The translations under genes were made by a program, and so were the position numbers. The notes beneath the pieces were generated by a model. That model searched no databases. It was not told the DNA's origin and worked only from the letters and a program-made list of their open reading frames with translations. A stretch of 63,504 bases of DNA, filler included, from Chiloscyllium plagiosum (lineage: Eukaryota): the NCBI RefSeq assembly GCF_004010195.1. It is 4 parts of one record of this genome, joined end to end, with 100 filler letters (N's around TTAATTAATTAA, not from the genome) between each part and the next. Parts side by side here need not be neighbours in the genome. Positions count along the whole stretch, not along the records: positions 58,555 to 63,504 come from NC_057711.1; 3 more parts are not named here. One strand, given 5' to 3'. Numbering within the stretch: the first letter of the stretch is position 1; the number at the start of each line of letters is the position of its first letter. This document shows positions 61,136 through 63,504 of the stretch, piece by piece.

Positions 61136-61544
61136 GCAGTGGTAAATGGACCAGCTGCTTCTCATAGAGACTTGAAGTTGTATCCTTAATTTGTAAAGAT
61201 TCTGGGGTGCAGGTTCTTAGTTTAGTTGTGCAAATGTAAAGGTCGCAGTCAAGAGTTTGGAGTTTGATTTATTGAGGCTGTTGTGTATATTCGGAACAGC
61301 ATTATTAAGTCTAGTTTGGATCGACTGAGTTCTGCAGAGGTTCTTTATTCTGTTCTTTGTGTTTCATTCTGTAGTTTTTTTTTTTATCTGGTTTAAAACC
61401 TGGTATTCAACCGAGCCAACTTAGTCCGGGTAATTTTCACCATACGTTTACTGAAACAACTTGTGATGTTACGGTCTGGGCTGCCTGCTTAAGAATGTTT
61501 TGCATAGTCTGGCCTAGTCCATAACTGAAGTTTTTCATTCCTGT

Positions 61545-61830
61545 GTTATGAAGTTAGATTGAAAAAGTTGGAACTGTTCTCCTTGGAGAAAAGATGCTGA
61601 GAGGAGATTTGGTCGAGGTTTTCAAAATCATGAGCAGCCAGATAGGGTAGATAAGGACACACTTCTTTAGTTTAAAAGGAACAGGAATGAGAAAGCAAAG
61701 ATTAAAGTGAGATTTCACAGCCAGTATTTAGGATATGGAATGACGACTGGAAATGTGGTGGAGGCAGATTCAAATAAGGCATTCAACAAGGTATTGGAAG
61801 ATTACTTGATCAGAAATAGTGTGCAAGTAT
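61545..61830 (+). mobile_element. Old CR1 C-terminal fragment
   Basis: LELFSLEKRC and RGDLVEVFKIM motifs. Confidence 0.7.
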
Positions 61831-62199
61831 ATTTATCATATGAAGTCCACCCAAGTTCTTAATGATTTAATTATCTCATCTCTCATTTGTCTAAACTGCA
61901 ATGGCCCAACTTATTTAACATTTCCTCAATGAATCCTTCAACTCATGAGAGAGTTTAGTGAACCACCTTTTGAGCTGCTTCTAATGCTGTTAGTACTTTT
62001 TTTAAGAACATAACTGCATTGTAGTCCAGATCGCCATGTCTCACTCAGATTCTGTCGAGCTGGAGTAAAATCTAATTTTATACTCCTTTCTCATTGGAAT
62101 TAACTTCAATATTCCAATTGTCTTCCTAATGATTTGTGATACCTGCAATCCACCTTTTTGTGATTAATGTCCAGGAAACTCCGATCCCACTATTCCTCA

Positions 62200-62665
62200 A
62201 CACATTCCTCTGGGCCTCCTCCACTACCAAACCCTTACCACCCGGCACCTGGAGGAAGAACGCCTCACTTCCGCCTTGATCCCGTGTGGTTGGAGGGTTC
62301 CAATGTGGATTTCACCAGTTTCCCCATTTTCTCCTCCCGCACCTTATCCCAGTCCTGACTCAGCACTGCTCTCTTGAATAGTCCTACCTGTCCATCTTCC
62401 TTCTCAACTATCTGCTCCACCCTCCTCTCCGACTTATCATTTTCACCTCCACCTTCATCTACCCATCGTATTTCTAGCTACTTTGCCCCCAGTCTCACTG
62501 CCCTTCCATTTATCTCTCAGCCTCCTTGGTCCACAAGCTTCATTCCTGATGAAGGGCTTGTGCCTGAAATATTGACTGTCCTGCTCCTTGGATGCTGCTT
62601 AACTGGCTGTGCTTTTCCAGCACCATACTCTTCGACTCTGATCTGTAGTCCTGACTTTCATCTAC
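62200..62665 (+). mobile_element. Penelope 3' end/pLTR with degenerate hammerhead
   Basis: LEEERLTFRL-like C-terminus; ATTC-CTGATGA-AGGGCTTGTGCCT-GAAA at ~62543-62572. Confidence 0.75.
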
Positions 62666-63059
62666 ATGTAATCTGAAACAGGGTGACGTTTGCACTCAGC
62701 ACAGCCAGCCTCTTCAGACTATCCTGTATGTCAGATTTAATCTCATCCATTACCTCTCCCATCCCTGTGTCTCCCAGTGTTTCATCTACATTCTTAGTAA
62801 ACACTGAGAACAAATACTTGCTAAATGTTGGAGGGCTTGAATTATTCTCCCCATACCTTGTTATGGACTAAAACAAATTCCCATTCCCCCTCCACAAAAT
62901 ATAGCAATGAGACAGCCTAGACCCTTTTATCTATTGTAACATGCTGTGTTCTAGATGTGATTCAATTGGTCAAACTACTAGGCTTTAAGCAAAACACACT
63001 TTTGAACGCTATTCCAATATAGCAAAAAAAACATAAAACTACAGAATGAAACACACAAT

Positions 63060-63504
63060 GTAGGGAGGCTGTGGAGAAGGTAGCACTGACAGGGAGTACT
63101 TGCGGACACAGAGATGGGTTCAAGTGTGTATACTTCAACACAAGGAGTACCAGAAATAAGGTGGGTGAACTTAAGGCGTGGATCGGTACCTGGGACTACG
63201 ATGTTGTGGCCATCACGGAAACGTGGATAGAAGAGGGACAGGAATGGTTATTGGAGGTTCCTGGTTACAGATGTTTCAGTAAGATTAGGGAGAGTGGTAA
63301 AAAAGGAGGGGGGTGGCGTTGCTAATTAAAAATGGTATAACGGCTGCAGAAAGGAAGTTTGAGGGGGATCTGCCTCTGGAGGTAGTATGGGCTGAAGTCA
63401 GAAATAGGAAAGGTGCAGTCACCTTGTTGGGTGTTTACTATAGCCCCCCCAATAGCAGCAGAGATGTGGAGAAACAGATGGGGAAACAGATTGTGGAAAG
63501 GTGC
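63060..63504 (+). mobile_element. Young CR1 ORF2 start (APE endonuclease)
   Basis: FKCVYFNTRSTRNKVGELKAWIGTWDYDVVAITETW. Confidence 0.92.

Overview
Eukaryotic, repeat-saturated vertebrate DNA. The repeat families (HE1/V-SINE, abundant CR1 LINEs, Penelope-like elements, Gypsy LTR remnants, Tx1/L1) point to a cartilaginous fish, probably a shark (inference). The window is four contigs joined by artificial N45-TTAATTAATTAA-N linkers at about 28.2, 53.6 and 58.5 kb. No intact host gene is present, and most listed ORFs are retroelement fragments or their antisense shadows. Most notable: (1) a ~7 kb tandem array (18.7-25.9 kb) of 16-17 diverged ~300-450 bp units. Each unit fuses the ORF2 C-terminus/3'UTR/poly-A of a Tx1-like LINE to the TATA/R segment of a Gypsy LTR. 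The units carry conserved hairpins, show higher-order structure and are split by a later CR1 insertion. (2) Several Penelope-derived minimal hammerhead ribozyme motifs, including one intact core, two ~200 bp palindromic mini-insertions and one 88 bp mini-insertion, all three with 13-16 bp direct repeats. (3) Scattered minus-strand exon-like segments with good splice signals and WD40-like motifs in shifting frames, possibly a decayed gene. (4) The intact 5' end of an L1-like element with a YY1-type motif, cut by a gap. All family names come from motif recognition by eye, not database searches. Many element boundaries are approximate.
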